Assembly (NCBI RefSeq): GCF_001194135.2
Contig: NC_068986.1
Coordinates: forward strand, 73,670,292-73,724,185
Length of the DNA stretch: 53,894 nt
Direction: 5' to 3'
Origin: Octopus bimaculoides
Taxonomy: Eukaryota
The translations under genes and the position numbers were made by a program. The notes under the pieces are model-generated. The model did not search any database and was not told where the DNA came from. It saw only the letters and a list, made by a program, of their open reading frames with translations. Of this stretch, positions 1 through 12,869 are shown piece after piece. How positions within the stretch are numbered: the first letter of the stretch is position 1; each line of letters begins with the position of its first letter.

Positions 1-260
1 TTTGACACAGAGAATCGGGAGCCCTTTTGGTCATTCTATTTTCCTTGCTGGAAGGGTTCCTAGCCCATGAGCAAAGAGGGGTTAGATGATGGCGGTGGTG
101 TTTTCAAAGGGATGGCATGTGTAACCTGATCACCTCTGCCGATCAAACTCTCAACCCATGCACTCCAGTTGCAACACTGATTCTGCCCAAATTTGACGTC
201 ATGTTACTTAGTTTGGTTTGAAATAAAGAACTTGATTAGCTTAATAATCCCAACTTAATC

Positions 261-288
261 CCCGGCAAAGCTGGGCTATACTGCTAGT
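261..288 (+). mobile_element. Helitron 3' terminus
   Basis: Hairpin CCCGG-caaag-CTGGG, 8 nt spacer, then CTAG followed by T. This is the canonical Helitron 3' end. Confidence 0.55.
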
Positions 289-339
289 ATATATATATAC
301 ACACACACACACACACATATATATAATCTGTGTGTGTAT

Positions 340-528
340 TTGTGTTTGTTTACATCCCCTGTAACTTAGCAATCTGGAAAAGAGACTAATAAAATAAGTA
401 TCAAGCCTTAAAAAGATAAGTACTGGGGTTGATTTGATTTGATTCACTAAAACTCTTGAAGGTGATGTTCAAGCATGGCTACAATTCAATGACTGAAACA
501 AATAAAAGATAAAAAATGAAGGATAAAA
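340..528 (+). mobile_element. SINE family A, 3' module
   Basis: Matches the 3' half of the full copies at 31572 and 47250 (ccctgtaacttag...aataagtactggggttgattt...catggct...atgactgaaaca). Confidence 0.8.
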
Positions 529-830
529 TGTTTTTTTTCTGATATATCTATGGAAAGTTGCGCAATGAAGTGCATGAGAGGGAAAAGATAAAAAGGGAAC
601 TCTAACTATCTCACTGTGTGAAAACAACGCTATCATGCAGTGAGTAAAAAGGAATTTTCTGTAGAGTGAAATCTTTAGTAATAAAAGAAATTCAAAACCA
701 CATTATGATGAAAATATAACAACATTAAAATTTTTTTAGATAGGAAAGACCTTAATAATTTCATTACTTTAGTAAAAGTTACATATTCCAAAGTAATTAA
801 CAAGCAGCTTCTTTTATTATACAGTGAGGT

Positions 831-1060
831 GCATGTAAATGTAACCCAAGATCTGTATCATTGTGTAAATACAAAAATAAATTTACAAATTTATACACAT
901 GAAAATGCATCCAGCCTTTTGTTTGCAAGTGTCATTGCGTTAATTTGACTGCAAAGGTAACCCAGGTTCCATAGCACAGATTAACTACAGGAAACGATTT
1001 ATACACATGAAAAAGCCCTCAGCCTTTCATTTACAAGTGTCATTGTATTATTTGGCTTGC
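831..1060 (+). repeat. Degenerate tandem duplication, unit about 110 bp
   Basis: atttatacacatgaaaa...cagccttt...caagtgtcattg occurs at about 890 and about 998. Confidence 0.7.
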
Positions 1061-1439
1061 TTGTAACTGCTGAACAAAGTTGGCACACAAGTCGACTTTT
1101 TTGCTATGTTATCTTCATTACATTAGTTGATTGTAAGATTGTATTGAATGAACATCTCCAGCCTTTTCTGCAAAATGATGTACTCTATAGTGGAAAGAGT
1201 GGAGATTGTGGAAGTGTATGTGAGAACAAGTTCTGTTAAGCAAACATGTGAAATTTCTGAAGTCAAATTTCCAGGTAAAGGCTTACCAGTAAAGTGAATA
1301 ATACAAATGTTGGTTAAGAAGTAGCACACGATAAGGGCAGTGTACAATGCCTGACCACCCACCCTAAAATAGAGAAAACCTATAGTTTGAAGGTGGGCAG
1401 TTGTTCGGGACATTTACCGAAGGATTACTCAAAGTCCAA

Positions 1440-1720
1440 AGAAGTCATGTAAATTGGCACAGCAGTCTCACATATGCAGGAGGTCATACAAACAGATGTT
1501 AGAATGTCTAAAGTTGAGGCCATATCATTTCACATGTGTACAGCAATTATGTGTGTGCCACCCTGTGGTATATATCAAGATGTATGCCACTTAGAACACT
1601 CAGAGGAGTATAACATTTTGTTTGGAAGTTATAGCTCTAACATACTGACAGGTTTAATGCCACTTGGTTTTTAGGCCCCTTTAGTGGGGGTTTACTCTGT
1701 TACAGGTTACAACTACCCAT
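1440..1720 (+). mobile_element. Possible L1/Tx1-like LINE ORF2 remnant (post-RT region)
   Basis: Broken frames give LTYAG, LWYISRCMP, FVWK and P..GGL. The order resembles the L1/Tx1 motifs LSxxGR..LWY..FLW..P..GGLG. Heavily decayed. Confidence 0.35.
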
Positions 1721-2554
1721 TCCCACTCACATTGTCGCTATAGAAATTGACCATCAGATGTTCAGGCTGGGATTCTGTTGGGCATGAAATCCTCTAGAGA
1801 TCATGAGTGACCGTTAGATGTTGAGGCTGCACATTAATCAAATCAATTTCATCAATCTTAGTTTCACAAAGTTTACACATATCCATTCACACTCTCACTC
1901 ACACATCCACACATCTTCTCAGTCAGCAATCCTGAAATTTCACCTCAAACAAGTTTCTACATGAATTCAATTAAAAAAATCTCTGCATGGTTACATGACC
2001 TGCTAGAAACAACAGTCACATGTTCTCACATCAAACACTACTATTTTTACTATAGAAGGAAACATGCAGGTTCTATATACTCTTAAAAAAGACATGATGA
2101 GTATGATTGATATAGATTTGATCATTTGCTTAATCATTCACTTACATGATCTGGTCTGATCTTGGGTTAGAGAACAACTATTTGACCAACTTCAGCTTAG
2201 GCTATCCAGTCATTTTATCAATCTGCCAATTCGTCTGTCCATCTATCTTGTCATCCATCCCAGCAACAAATCAATACTTACTCTAATCTGCCATTCATAC
2301 AATCTATACATTGACAGTAAAAAGTCCTTTCCAAAGGTGTTTAAATTTGCTAAAAGCACATCAGGCTTTCATTGAAATTACAATGGACATTTGTTATGGT
2401 GGTTAACTTGTTAAATGATGCAGTAAAGCCAACCAGCTGAACTGAGAACATTCAACTATTGCTTCTCAGAATATTCCTATCTTTCACATTTAATCACTGT
2501 CAATAGTTTAAACTAATTAGTCAACAGAAGCAATTAGCACTTGCTTGTCTAATT

Positions 2555-2900
2555 ATGTGCATATATATAAATATATCATTTTGTGTGTACAGTTATATAT
2601 ATATGCACTCACACACACTCTCACACATGCATACATACGTCCATACATACATATATAAACATACATGCATTCATACATATATATATATAGTTATGTACAC
2701 TTATATATATGAACACACACATTCTCATACATATACACACACATACATAAACATACATGCATTCATATATATATGTGCACTTATATATATGAACACACAC
2801 ACACTCATACATACATACATACACACACACACACATACATACATACATACATACATACACACACACACATACATGCATACATACATACATACATATATAT
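2555..2900. repeat. Compound TA/CA/TACA microsatellite region
   Basis: Directly visible. Explains the HTYI and YVCM ORFs. Confidence 0.95.
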
Positions 2901-2984
2901 TTCAAACCATGCCAAGTGAAATATAGACATTAAGTGATGATAATGATGATGATGATAGTCATAAAATTATATATGCATGTTCAT

Positions 2985-3308
2985 ACATCAGGAGTGGTTG
3001 TGTGGTAAGTAACTTGCTTACCAACCACATGGTTCTGGGTTTAGTCCCACTGTGTGGCACCTTGGGCAAGTGTCTTCTACTATAGCCTTGGGCTGACCAA
3101 AGCCTTGTGAGTGGATTTGGTAGATGGAAACTGAAAGAAGCCCATCATATATATATACATATATATATATGTATGTATGTGCGTGTATATGTTTGTGTGT
3201 CTGTCCTCCTCATCACCACTTGACAACCGACGCTGGTGTGTTTATGTCCCTGTAACTTAATGGTTCAGCAAAAATAAAAAAAAAAGAACAATAGAATAAG
3301 TACTAGGC
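2985..3308 (+). mobile_element. SINE family A (runs into a gap)
   Basis: tRNA-like head with A-box-like TGGTTGTGTGG and B-box-like GGGTTTAGTCCC, body ccttgggcaagtgtcttctactatagcc, internal TA/GT microsatellite, 3' module. Confidence 0.9.
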
Positions 3309-4100
3309 NNNNNNNNNNNNNNNNNNNNNNNNNNNNNNNNNNNNNNNNNNNNNNNNNNNNNNNNNNNNNNNNNNNNNNNNNNNNNNNNNNNNNNNNNNNN
3401 NNNNNNNNNNNNNNNNNNNNNNNNNNNNNNNNNNNNNNNNNNNNNNNNNNNNNNNNNNNNNNNNNNNNNNNNNNNNNNNNNNNNNNNNNNNNNNNNNNNN
3501 NNNNNNNNNNNNNNNNNNNNNNNNNNNNNNNNNNNNNNNNNNNNNNNNNNNNNNNNNNNNNNNNNNNNNNNNNNNNNNNNNNNNNNNNNNNNNNNNNNNN
3601 NNNNNNNNNNNNNNNNNNNNNNNNNNNNNNNNNNNNNNNNNNNNNNNNNNNNNNNNNNNNNNNNNNNNNNNNNNNNNNNNNNNNNNNNNNNNNNNNNNNN
3701 NNNNNNNNNNNNNNNNNNNNNNNNNNNNNNNNNNNNNNNNNNNNNNNNNNNNNNNNNNNNNNNNNNNNNNNNNNNNNNNNNNNNNNNNNNNNNNNNNNNN
3801 NNNNNNNNNNNNNNNNNNNNNNNNNNNNNNNNNNNNNNNNNNNNNNNNNNNNNNNNNNNNNNNNNNNNNNNNNNNNNNNNNNNNNNNNNNNNNNNNNNNN
3901 NNNNNNNNNNNNNNNNNNNNNNNNNNNNNNNNNNNNNNNNNNNNNNNNNNNNNNNNNNNNNNNNNNNNNNNNNNNNNNNNNNNNNNNNNNNNNNNNNNNN
4001 NNNNNNNNNNNNNNNNNNNNNNNNNNNNNNNNNNNNNNNNNNNNNNNNNNNNNNNNNNNNNNNNNNNNNNNNNNNNNNNNNNNNNNNNNNNNNNNNNNNN
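3309..4100. other. Assembly gap (largest of ten N-runs)
   Basis: Other N-runs: 15610-15653, 17738-17747, 20495-20504, 23505-23940, 28123-28348, 29133-29232, 33548-33982, 52118-52127, 52976-53277. Confidence 1.
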
Positions 4101-4151
<51 letters not shown>

Positions 4152-5660
4152 CTTGTGAACTTCTCTCCCCACCCAACCCCGTGTGTACAGTTATATATAT
4201 ATGCACTCACACACACTCTCACACATGCAAACCATTCCCACCCCCGACACACTTACAGACACACAGACAGCTTTTATCAAAGAATGATCAGAAGCCAAAT
4301 TCCACTTATTAATGGTAACCAAGTCAGCAGAAAGCTAAGAATCTGCAACTGTCTCAAATTGAAAGCCTTTTATCTCTTTTATTTCAACTGAATAAAGTTC
4401 TAGCAAGTGATTTGTGGAATTGCGGACAGCAGCAGTGTAGACAAGTTTATCCAGTTGCTATTTAAATAAATCATTGAAGGAAATATTTAAAATTTCAATC
4501 TTGAAGCTTCCTAATGAAAGCAGAGTCTTGTGTATGAAGAAATTAGTTATCTGCATCGTTAACGCCGCTTTATCATGGCGACACCATATGTTAAAGAGAT
4601 CGAACTGTCTGGGCAGTAATGTTGTCGTCATTCATTTATTTAAATCGGGTGTTACAAAGGAAGAAAGTGGTTGTAAGATACATTAATATTTATCTTTTTA
4701 TTGCTATAACTATGATTGTTGACGAAATACCTATTTACAAAGGCTTTCTTTTCACGGAAATACAATGTGGCAAGGCAAAAATATTTTTTTCCTTAGGAAA
4801 TATTTAATACAAATATCATTGCAAATCATCAAAAATCAATTTTTTATATTTATATTTCTTCATTTTTTTTCCATTGATGTTTTTAATTTATTTATTCATT
4901 TATTTTTGTCTCTAAATTTTTCAAACAAACAACTAACATTAGGATTTTTCTAAATGATTGAAAAAAAATCAATTTAACTCATTCATGATCCATTGAAAAA
5001 TTTTCCAGTGCTTATGTAAATATTGTAAATTTTTTCTTCTTTTTTTAAGAATTGGTTATAAGAATAGGAACTTTTCAAGTTTTATCAAAATACTTTAAAT
5101 GTAACATAAGTGGAATGGTAAAATAACTGATTCTTTGAAAGCTGTACAGAGTTCAGTTTCATTTCTGTTTGTGGCATTCAGTGTATATACAAATAAATAT
5201 TCCTTTTGAACGTCGAAAACATTGTTAAAGAATCAATGTCAATATTTATTTCAGTGTCATTCAAAACATTTATTTTCATTTTTTCCCTCTTTTGCATAGC
5301 AGTTTTCAGTGCAATCTGAATATAAGCCTTTTGTCTGAAAATGCATGTTTTTATTTCTAATATGCATTATTATTGATGTAGGATGTCTTAAAAACAGAAA
5401 TTGTTAAACGATTCTTAACCTTATCTCTTTTGCTTCTATTTACATTTCATTCTCATCAGTTTAACTTCTTATACTCTTCAAGTGTCAAGTTTCTATGTAA
5501 AATGTTTTAAAGAAGTTTTATTATCCAATCTTGTAAGACTGATATATATCTCCTGTGAGATATACCTCTTTCTTAGACTTTTCATGAGTAGTAAAAATTG
5601 AATGTGATAAGTAGAAGTGTTGTTTAGTATAATTTATTACAGTATTGTATATTATATAAC

Positions 5661-5832
5661 AGTGGACACAGGCATGGTGCAGGTGTGGCTGTATGTGGCA
5701 AGAAACTTGTTTCTGAATCATGTGGTCTTGGGTTCAGTCCCACTCTATGGCATCTAGAGCAAATGTCTTCTAGTATAGCTCCAGACCTACATAAGCCTTA
5801 TGAGCAGACAGAAACTGAAAAGAAGGCTGTTG

Positions 5833-5835
<3 letters not shown>
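5661..5835 (+). mobile_element. SINE family A, 5' module followed by (TA)n
   Basis: gcaggtgtggctgtatgtggcaagaaacttg...ggttcagtcccact...gaaactgaaaagaagg. Confidence 0.85.
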
Positions 5836-5878
<43 letters not shown>

Positions 5879-5934
5879 TGAGTGTATATGAATGTATGTA
5901 TGTATATGTATGTACATATGGGTTTGTTTGCATA

Positions 5935-6185
5935 GAAACACACATGTGTACCATGTCTAGATATCATATAACAGTCGTAAATGAGCATCACCATCATACA
6001 AGCAAGGTTGTTAATTTCCAATTTTCTTTTAGAAGCGTGTCTTCCTAAAGGAAAAAAATATTACCTTGCTTAGAAACAAGTGAGGATTTGTGACGGGAAG
6101 AGCATATGGCCATACTAAAATCTGCCTCAGTAATTTCCAGCTAACCCTTACAAGTATGGAAAAATGCACATTAAATGATAAAAGA
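5935..6185 (+). mobile_element. Family C variant (RTE-like LINE 3' tail repeat)
   Basis: taccttgcttagaaacaagtgagg...ggaagagcat...atggaaaaatgcacattaaatgat. Same family as the inverted copy at 40400-41000. Confidence 0.65.
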
Positions 6186-6434
6186 TTGTGATGTACTGCG
6201 GTTGTGAGGTTAAAAGTACTGAACTACTTATTCCACTGTTCTGAGTTCAATACTTACTACAACAGTTGTCTTCCATAGCATGCAAGAATACTGTGTATAC
6301 ACAAAGAATTTATGTTATAAAAATTAAAATCAGAATGTTCTGAAAACAGCTAATATATAATATTTATATGATCCTGTCATCATTACATTGGTAAATACAG
6401 TGGCATCTTTGCTTTACTGATGATATCACAGAAT

Positions 6435-6755
6435 AAATATGGTACTCTATTGGTTATGATGAGAGTTCCAGTTGATCTGGTCAACAGAACAGCCAGCTTG
6501 TGAAATTAATGTACAAGTGGTTGAGCACTCCACAGACACATCTACCCTTAATGTTGTTTTCAGGGAGTTTTAGCATGACACAGAATGTGACAAGGCTGGA
6601 ACTTTGAAATACAGATACTACTCATTTTTGCCAGCTGAGTGGGCTGGAGCAGCATGAAATAAAGTGTCTTGCTGAAGGACACAATGCATTGCTGGGAATT
6701 GAACTGACGACCTTACAATTGTGAGCCAAATACCATAACCACTAAGCCATGCATT
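6435..6755 (-). mobile_element. SINE family D (tRNA-derived)
   Basis: Reverse complement of the copies at 10045 and 40568 (gttccagttgatc...gagcactccacagacaca...ccagctgagtgggctggagc...ctaaccactaagcca). Confidence 0.9.
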
Positions 6756-7337
6756 TTCATGATATCACAGTAATGCTGACATCCAGATTTGTTTCCCATT
6801 CTTCACAAAAAATGTAAACAATATTAGTCAGTGATAAAGGTTTTTTTTTCCTCACCACATGTATTTCTTAACATTTAGTATTTTAAAAATGCTTATACTA
6901 GCTTAACAGTGGTCTTATATGAAAGCCTGATCTAGTGTAAAGTTTTGGGCTAGGAGCAGAGAGACTTTGATAGCCAGTTGTTTGGGGCAGTACAGTTAAT
7001 TCTATATACCATATTCCACCTGTTATGAAAAATTTGTGTTAAATTTTCTGGAAATATTACCTGCGATAAAGTAGTGTCCAGTCTGAGAGATTTGTGTCAT
7101 TTTCCTAATATCAACAAGATGGATCTTAAAGAGCTAACTCTGAGGAACTCTGTGGGATATCACAGAACGAACAGTTGATTATGTAGTCCTAGATATACTA
7201 CAGCTGAATTAGAGTTGGGATGGTTATGGTTGAAATGTGTCTGATCATTAATGAGATCTAGAGCTAAATGATGTCCACAACAACAAGGTCTGTAGGATTT
7301 AGTAGATATTGTTAAGCAAAGACAAATGAAGATGATA

Positions 7338-7560
7338 GAAGGCAGCGAGCTGGCAGAAACGTTAGCACAACGAGCGAAATGCTTAGCGGTATTTCGTCTG
7401 CCGTTATGTTCTGAGTTCAAATTTCGCCGAGGTCCACTTTGCCTTTCATCCTTTCGGGGTCGATAAATTAAGTACCAGTTACGCACTGGGGCCGATGTAA
7501 TCGTCTTAACCCCTTTGTTTGTCCCCTCTATGTTTAGCCCCTTGAGGGCAATAAAGAAAT
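7338..7560 (+). mobile_element. SINE family B, complete, with TSD
   Basis: Head ggcagcgagctggcagaaacg, B-box GAGTTCAAATT, 11-bp TSD TGAAGATGATA at 7327-7337 and 7561-7571. Confidence 0.92.
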
Positions 7561-7675
7561 TGAAGATGATAAAGTTTCTTTTAGTGACATCAGTATTGCC
7601 ATAATTTATCACTAGAGGGCAGTGGTGTTGTTGGTGGTGGCTGACTGTAAAACATGGGATTACTACTTGGTGCTC

Positions 7676-7830
7676 CAACCTGCAAGGAATAGCAATGAAA
7701 TCTCCCTCACATCATAAGACTACCATCTTAGGGAAAAATGAAAGAATACATTGTATTTTAGATACACCGTATCTAAAAAAAGTTACAATGGTCATGGCTG
7801 CAGTGCCTTTGATCATAGTTCAGCATTATT
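7676..7830 (+). repeat. Dispersed repeat family E
   Basis: cctgcaaggaatagc...aaatctccctcacatca...atggtcatggctg...ctttgatcatag. Related copies near 1990, 25630 (-), 32040 and 37935. Confidence 0.6.
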
Positions 7831-8694
7831 GAGCTGACCAAGGGCTAAACAATTACCATTTGTATGCAAGTGATGAGTTTTTAGAAAGTCATTGTCTTTA
7901 TTATTCTAACACCATCATCACTGTTGTATATTGGCAGCATAATTATGGGTTTCAATTTTACATTATGATTTCAAATCCACTTATAAACGACAATATAGAA
8001 ATGAAAATCTTGCTAATTGCTTTCTAAATAGTCACTTCATAACTAAATGCTATATGTAAGCTTTGTTATTCAGATATTTTTCCCCATGTCTTTTAATTAA
8101 ATTTCCATCTAGGAAACCAAATTTGCGAGCTGACTGATAATAATTATACATTTTATTTTATGAAACATCTCACTATATTGTTGTGTTCAAGATATGTTCT
8201 TCTATTAATGTTTTAAAAAAAATCAATTATCATGCTAAATGCAAGTTTTCTTGTGGCATAATATCTAAGTGATCCTCCCAGCATTTGTTGGTTTACTGAG
8301 TGACTTTGAAGACTGCATGATATGGAATAGAAAGAGAGACACACAACAATAATGGCAGACATTGGAGTTGACACTGTTGCTTGTGTAGGAAAGGTTTCTT
8401 TTAGAGTGGAATAAGAGAAGAGAAAATGTGTAGTCAAAGAGAAAATAAAATAAATAGTTTGATGGTGCTGGGAATCTTCCCTAATGAAAAGGAAAGCAAA
8501 AGTTGTCAGTGTGTGAAATGCTCTAAATTCAATTTAGGATAGTTTGCTGTTTAAATCAAAGATTGCGTAAAGAGATTTTGGAAAGGTATCAGTGTTCACA
8601 CTGATCAATATTTTCAACAGGTATCTAGACTGACAGAAGAAACTTTAGCTTCAGCATTCTGGACAAACATTTTGTAGGAAAAAGGAAAAAAAGG

Positions 8695-8729
<35 letters not shown>

Positions 8730-9479
8730 CGGAAAAAAAGTTTTAAAAAAATTGTTTTAACCTTAACCAACTAACTAACCATATTCCTGAACCAAGGAGA
8801 GAGGACTGATATGAATAAAATGACAAAAACTGCAAAAAAGAAAAAAAAAGCAGGCTTGAATAGCAGACTAATTACTTTTAAAAGCCTGAAATCTTGGTAA
8901 ATAATTCTTCTCCAACCAGCTAGAATCTCAGTTTCTAAAATTGAGCTTTATGTTTTTATAAATCTCATAATATTTTCCATTTCTGCAATGAAATTAGTTT
9001 TTAAACCTCATTCTTGCATGCTATAATGCTATCTACCATTATTTACATTGTTCCATTCATATGTTGATTTGTCTTCAGTGTTTTTTTTTCTTCTTTCCTC
9101 TTCATTTGTCCAACATTTTCTGCTTTGTCTTTCTTCTCTGCTTTATTTTCTCTCAGATTCTGCCCTCCCCTTCTTTCCTTTCCTCCCCTCTATTCACTGT
9201 ATTCTCTGGTTTTCCTATTTATATTCCTAATTTTTCCCTGTTTATTTATTCTTTACCATTTCCTTTTCTATCCTGCCTTCTCCTCCAACCTACCCCTCCT
9301 CCTCCCAGTCTACCTCTTCCTCCCACCACAAACCATCTTTCTTTGTTCTTCACTCTTCCTCCTTTCAACACAATCAATGAAAGGCATCTCTATATGGTTT
9401 CTCAGCTTGCTAGAAATAGCCAACGAATCTCCCTCCAACCACACTCTACCATCTTAAAAAAAAAAAGGAAGTACAAGTT

Positions 9480-10595
9480 GTATAATGTAGTCTTTGATTT
9501 TATTTATCAGTTTGGTTTGGAAGAAAGGGGCAATACCCATGACTATTGCATGTTCTTCATGATCGTTGATACTGAATGCCTTCAAGTTCTACTTAAACTG
9601 TTGCAAGTGAATAGCTGCAAGAAAGTTAGACTGGAGCCAGGGAGGGAGGTTAGCACATGATATGAGATATGAGGAAAAGAAGGCCTTATTCATGAGTGAT
9701 AGGAGTCAGGAGGCTGAATTGGATGATAAAATTACTGGTGCTGACACTGTAACATGCCAGCTTCAGTATTCAGTCCTCAGAAGAGGCGAAGTTAACTTAA
9801 AAAGCCAAACTTGCTATGTTCAGTTTGGTTTTTGTGTCTTTCCTCACCTATGGACATGAATGTAGGGTAATAATGACCAACAGAGTACCATTGCAAATTT
9901 AAGTGGCTGTAATGGGGTTCCACTGAAGGATCTCTAAGGTACAAAGCTTGGATGTCAGGGAGTCTATCCAGGTCAAGCTGTTACTTCTCTGCATTGAGGG
10001 GTCACAGCTCCAGTACTACAGATGTGTGATTAGAATGTGACAGTGAAGGCATGTGGTTTAGTGGTCAGGGTATTCGGCTTGAAATTGTAAGGTCATGGGT
10101 TTGATTCCCAGTGATGCATTGTGTCCTTCAGCAAGACATTTTATTTCATGTCACTTCAGTTCACTCAGCTGGCAAAAATGAGTTGTACCCGTATTTCAAA
10201 GAACCAAGCTTGTCACATTCTCTGTCATGCTGAATCTCCCTGAGAACTACATTAAGGATACATGTGTCTACAGACTGCTTGGCCACTTGCACGTTAAGTT
10301 CATGAGGATCAAGTGCACGTTAAATTCATGAGGATCAATAGGGTTGGATCAAATGGAAACCTCATTGTCATAACCAACGGAGATCTAGTTAGAGTGTGGC
10401 AATAAAAAATTGAAAGATGGATTATTTAAGCTGGCCCAAATGGCAGGAGAAGTAGAAGTAGACCAAAGAGCAAGATAGCTGGATAATATCTGTAGTCTCA
10501 GCTGGTCATGCTTGAGAATCCAGCAGAAAAGTGTAATGATGGTTGCTCCTGATAGGTAACAAAAGGTAAAGTTACAGTCTTGAGTCATACTGACT
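9480..10595 (+). mobile_element. RTE-clade (Expander/Rex3-like) LINE, RT C-terminal remnant, split by a SINE
   Basis: Translates to ALFMSDRSQEAELDDKI (cf. VLFTSDGRxxxEIDxRI), LTYGHECRV.MTNRV (cf. LTYGHExWVMTER), and after the SINE PNGRRSRSRPK...LDNICSLSWSCLRI (cf. GRRPRGRPRTRWxDxIxxLxWxRLGI). Many stops and frameshifts. Confidence 0.8.
10045..10388 (+). mobile_element. SINE family D nested in the RTE LINE
   Basis: A-box TGGTTTAGTGG, B-box GGGTTTGATTCCC. Degenerate TSD ttagaatgtgaca (10030) and ttagagtgtggca (10389). Confidence 0.9.
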
Positions 10596-10802
10596 CATAA
10601 GGGCCACTTTCCTGGTTTCATGGTGTATAGATCCTCCACCTGGGTGCAATGCCCGACTGTTACAAGATTACTCATATTTGCCAGTTGAGTGGACTGGAGC
10701 AATGTGAAATGAAGTGTTTTGCTTAAGAACACAATGCATCATTCAGTTCAGGAATCGAAACCACAATCTTACAATCATGAGTCCAACACCCTAACCACTA
10801 AT
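10596..10802 (-). mobile_element. SINE with D-type head and a different 3' part
   Basis: Reverse complement of the D head (ttagtggttagggtgttggactcatgattgtaagattgtggtttcgattcc) and of the cttaagcaaaacacttcatttcacattgctccagtccactc core. Confidence 0.75.
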
Positions 10803-11480
10803 TCTCCTACCTCCACGCTCTGGAGGTGGTGCCTAAGGACTCTACTCCCATTACCCTTCCAGGAATAGTGGATGGTGGAGGAGAAATGAATGAGTTAGAA
10901 GTGGCTAAATGGAAGAAACTCATCAAGTATGATGAGCAGAGGCCACTATTGTAGTAGCTGCAGGAAAGGCAGAGAGGGAGGACACAAATGTCTATGGCCA
11001 AATGGTTAAGGAGGTTTGAGAGTAATTTGATGTCGATCAGTCAGTTGGTGATTCTATCAATGCAATCTAAGATGTTTGTGTGTGAAGCAGTGGTACTATT
11101 CCAGCTGTAGGAAGCAGTACTCCATTGTAGGCAACACAAGCATAGCTAGAAGGTGGTGTAGGGGGAAGTCTGCTCTGGGCAACAATTTTATGGAGGTAGC
11201 ACCAATTTTGGGTCTGTTGTAGATAATATGTATTTTCTGTGAAGGCCCAAGGGAAACAAACTGATGGGCCACTCTGGGTGGCACACATTCTAGCTATGCT
11301 AGTGGTGGGTAACAAGCTTTGTAGAGGATTATAAATACATGGAAGCCTGAAGGCCAAGTTTTGAAAGACTGTATCAGATAGTAGCTGGAAGTTTTGATGG
11401 TAGTATTAATATTTGGTGGTGAGAATTTATATAGTGGCTATGTTGATGATGGTGGTCATGTCAATGTAGATGGTGTAGGT
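10803..11480 (-). mobile_element. CR1-clade LINE, RT C-terminal remnant
   Basis: Minus-strand fragments LLAMLVLPTMEYC, TASHTNILD, RLIDIKLLSNLL and YYNSGLCSS. These match the CR1 motif order LYKAQVRPxMEYCSHIW..LDRIQ..RLI..RRxVxSLCLFYRYYxGxCS. Confidence 0.7.
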
Positions 11481-11641
11481 TTATTGTAGGTTAGTCCTTC
11501 TTTATTCTGAATGAAAACAACAACTTCCTTCTACATGTTTAGTCTCGACCTCTGAGTTTTTTCTTTGTTTTATTCTTTAGAAAAAGTAGTTATTTATTAA
11601 CAGCTATATTTTTGAAGAATAAATATAATTGCTGATGATAG

Positions 11642-12084
11642 GTGACCAAGATCTTTGGCAATATGCTGTGCTTGAGAAAACTCATCAAGCCAAGTGAAAT
11701 CATATTTATGGCCCTTGCAGGTAGCATGATCTTTGAATGTTGGGCCTCACTGAGTCAACAACAAGTGACCAAGACCTTTGACAATGTGCGGTGCTTGAGA
11801 AGATTTGTCAAGCCAACCGAAAAAATAGTCATGACCGTTGTCAGTGTCAATTAAATGGCACTCATGAAGTCGAAGTCATAGCCATTGCTGGTGTTATGTA
11901 AATGGTACCGATGTTGGTGGCATGCAAAAATCACCCATTACACTCTTGGAGTGGTTGGTATTAGGAAGAACATCCAGCCATACACTGGATGGAACCTGGT
12001 GCAGCCCTCTGGCTTATCAGTTCCAGGCAGCCGTTTAACCCATGCCGGTAGACATTAAATGATGATGATGATGATGATGATGAT
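11642..12084 (+). mobile_element. Family C long copy: LINE 3' UTR with about 123-bp tandem unit and (GAT)n tail
   Basis: gtgaccaaga..tttg.caat..gc.gtgcttgagaa occurs at 11642 and 11765. Terminal motif gagtggttggtattaggaagaacatccagc...acattaaatgatgatgat. Confidence 0.8.
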
Positions 12085-12869
12085 TAGCAGAATTGGTAAA
12101 TACATGAAGGCTCTTTTCAGAAAATATTGGTTTTAGTCATACTTAGATTTTGTATTTTTCTAAATTCTTTGTAATTTTCTTTACAGTCATTTATTATTTT
12201 TTTATATTTTTATACCTAATATATTTTGAATTCTTACAAATCCTCACATTGAGCAAGAATTCTCACGTACCACATTAGTGTGTCACTCAGAGTTAGTTAA
12301 ATATCACTTGTTATATAAAATAGGTTGATTTCTGAATAGCATAGTTCTTTTGTGTGTGACCCTGTTGTTATAGGTTTTTAAATCTCTTTTCATGATAGCA
12401 AACTCCTTTCATCTGTTTTAACTGATGGGATTATTTTCATTGAAAAATTGTTTTACTTTCTCTGAATATTGATTTCCTACACAAAAACCTTAGAATGTGA
12501 GGGAGAATGGAAAATGAGATTGTGTGACATACATACGTTTTTCAAAGGTAATTGTAATATAACCACTTTTTTTTTGTTTTCTCTATACCATGCTCAGCAT
12601 TTCTTCTAAAATGTGCCATCAATTTGTAATAATTTTGAGAGAAGATTGTTCAAAAGTTTCTAAATATATCTATGATTGATTTTCTTTTTATCTTTCTATT
12701 ATTGTGATCCAGTGTTTCAATAGTATTAAAAATACCAATCATTTCCCCCCACAAATATCCATATTATCATAAAGTGTGTTTTAGTATCTAGCATATATTG
12801 CTGTGATTCAATAACGATGAGCTCCTAAAATATTTACTATATATTTATTCACATTGCACTAGCAATTAA

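Noticed and set aside
8672-8740. Poly(A) tract as the tail of a processed pseudogene
   Set aside because: No upstream polyadenylation signal, ORF or TSD.
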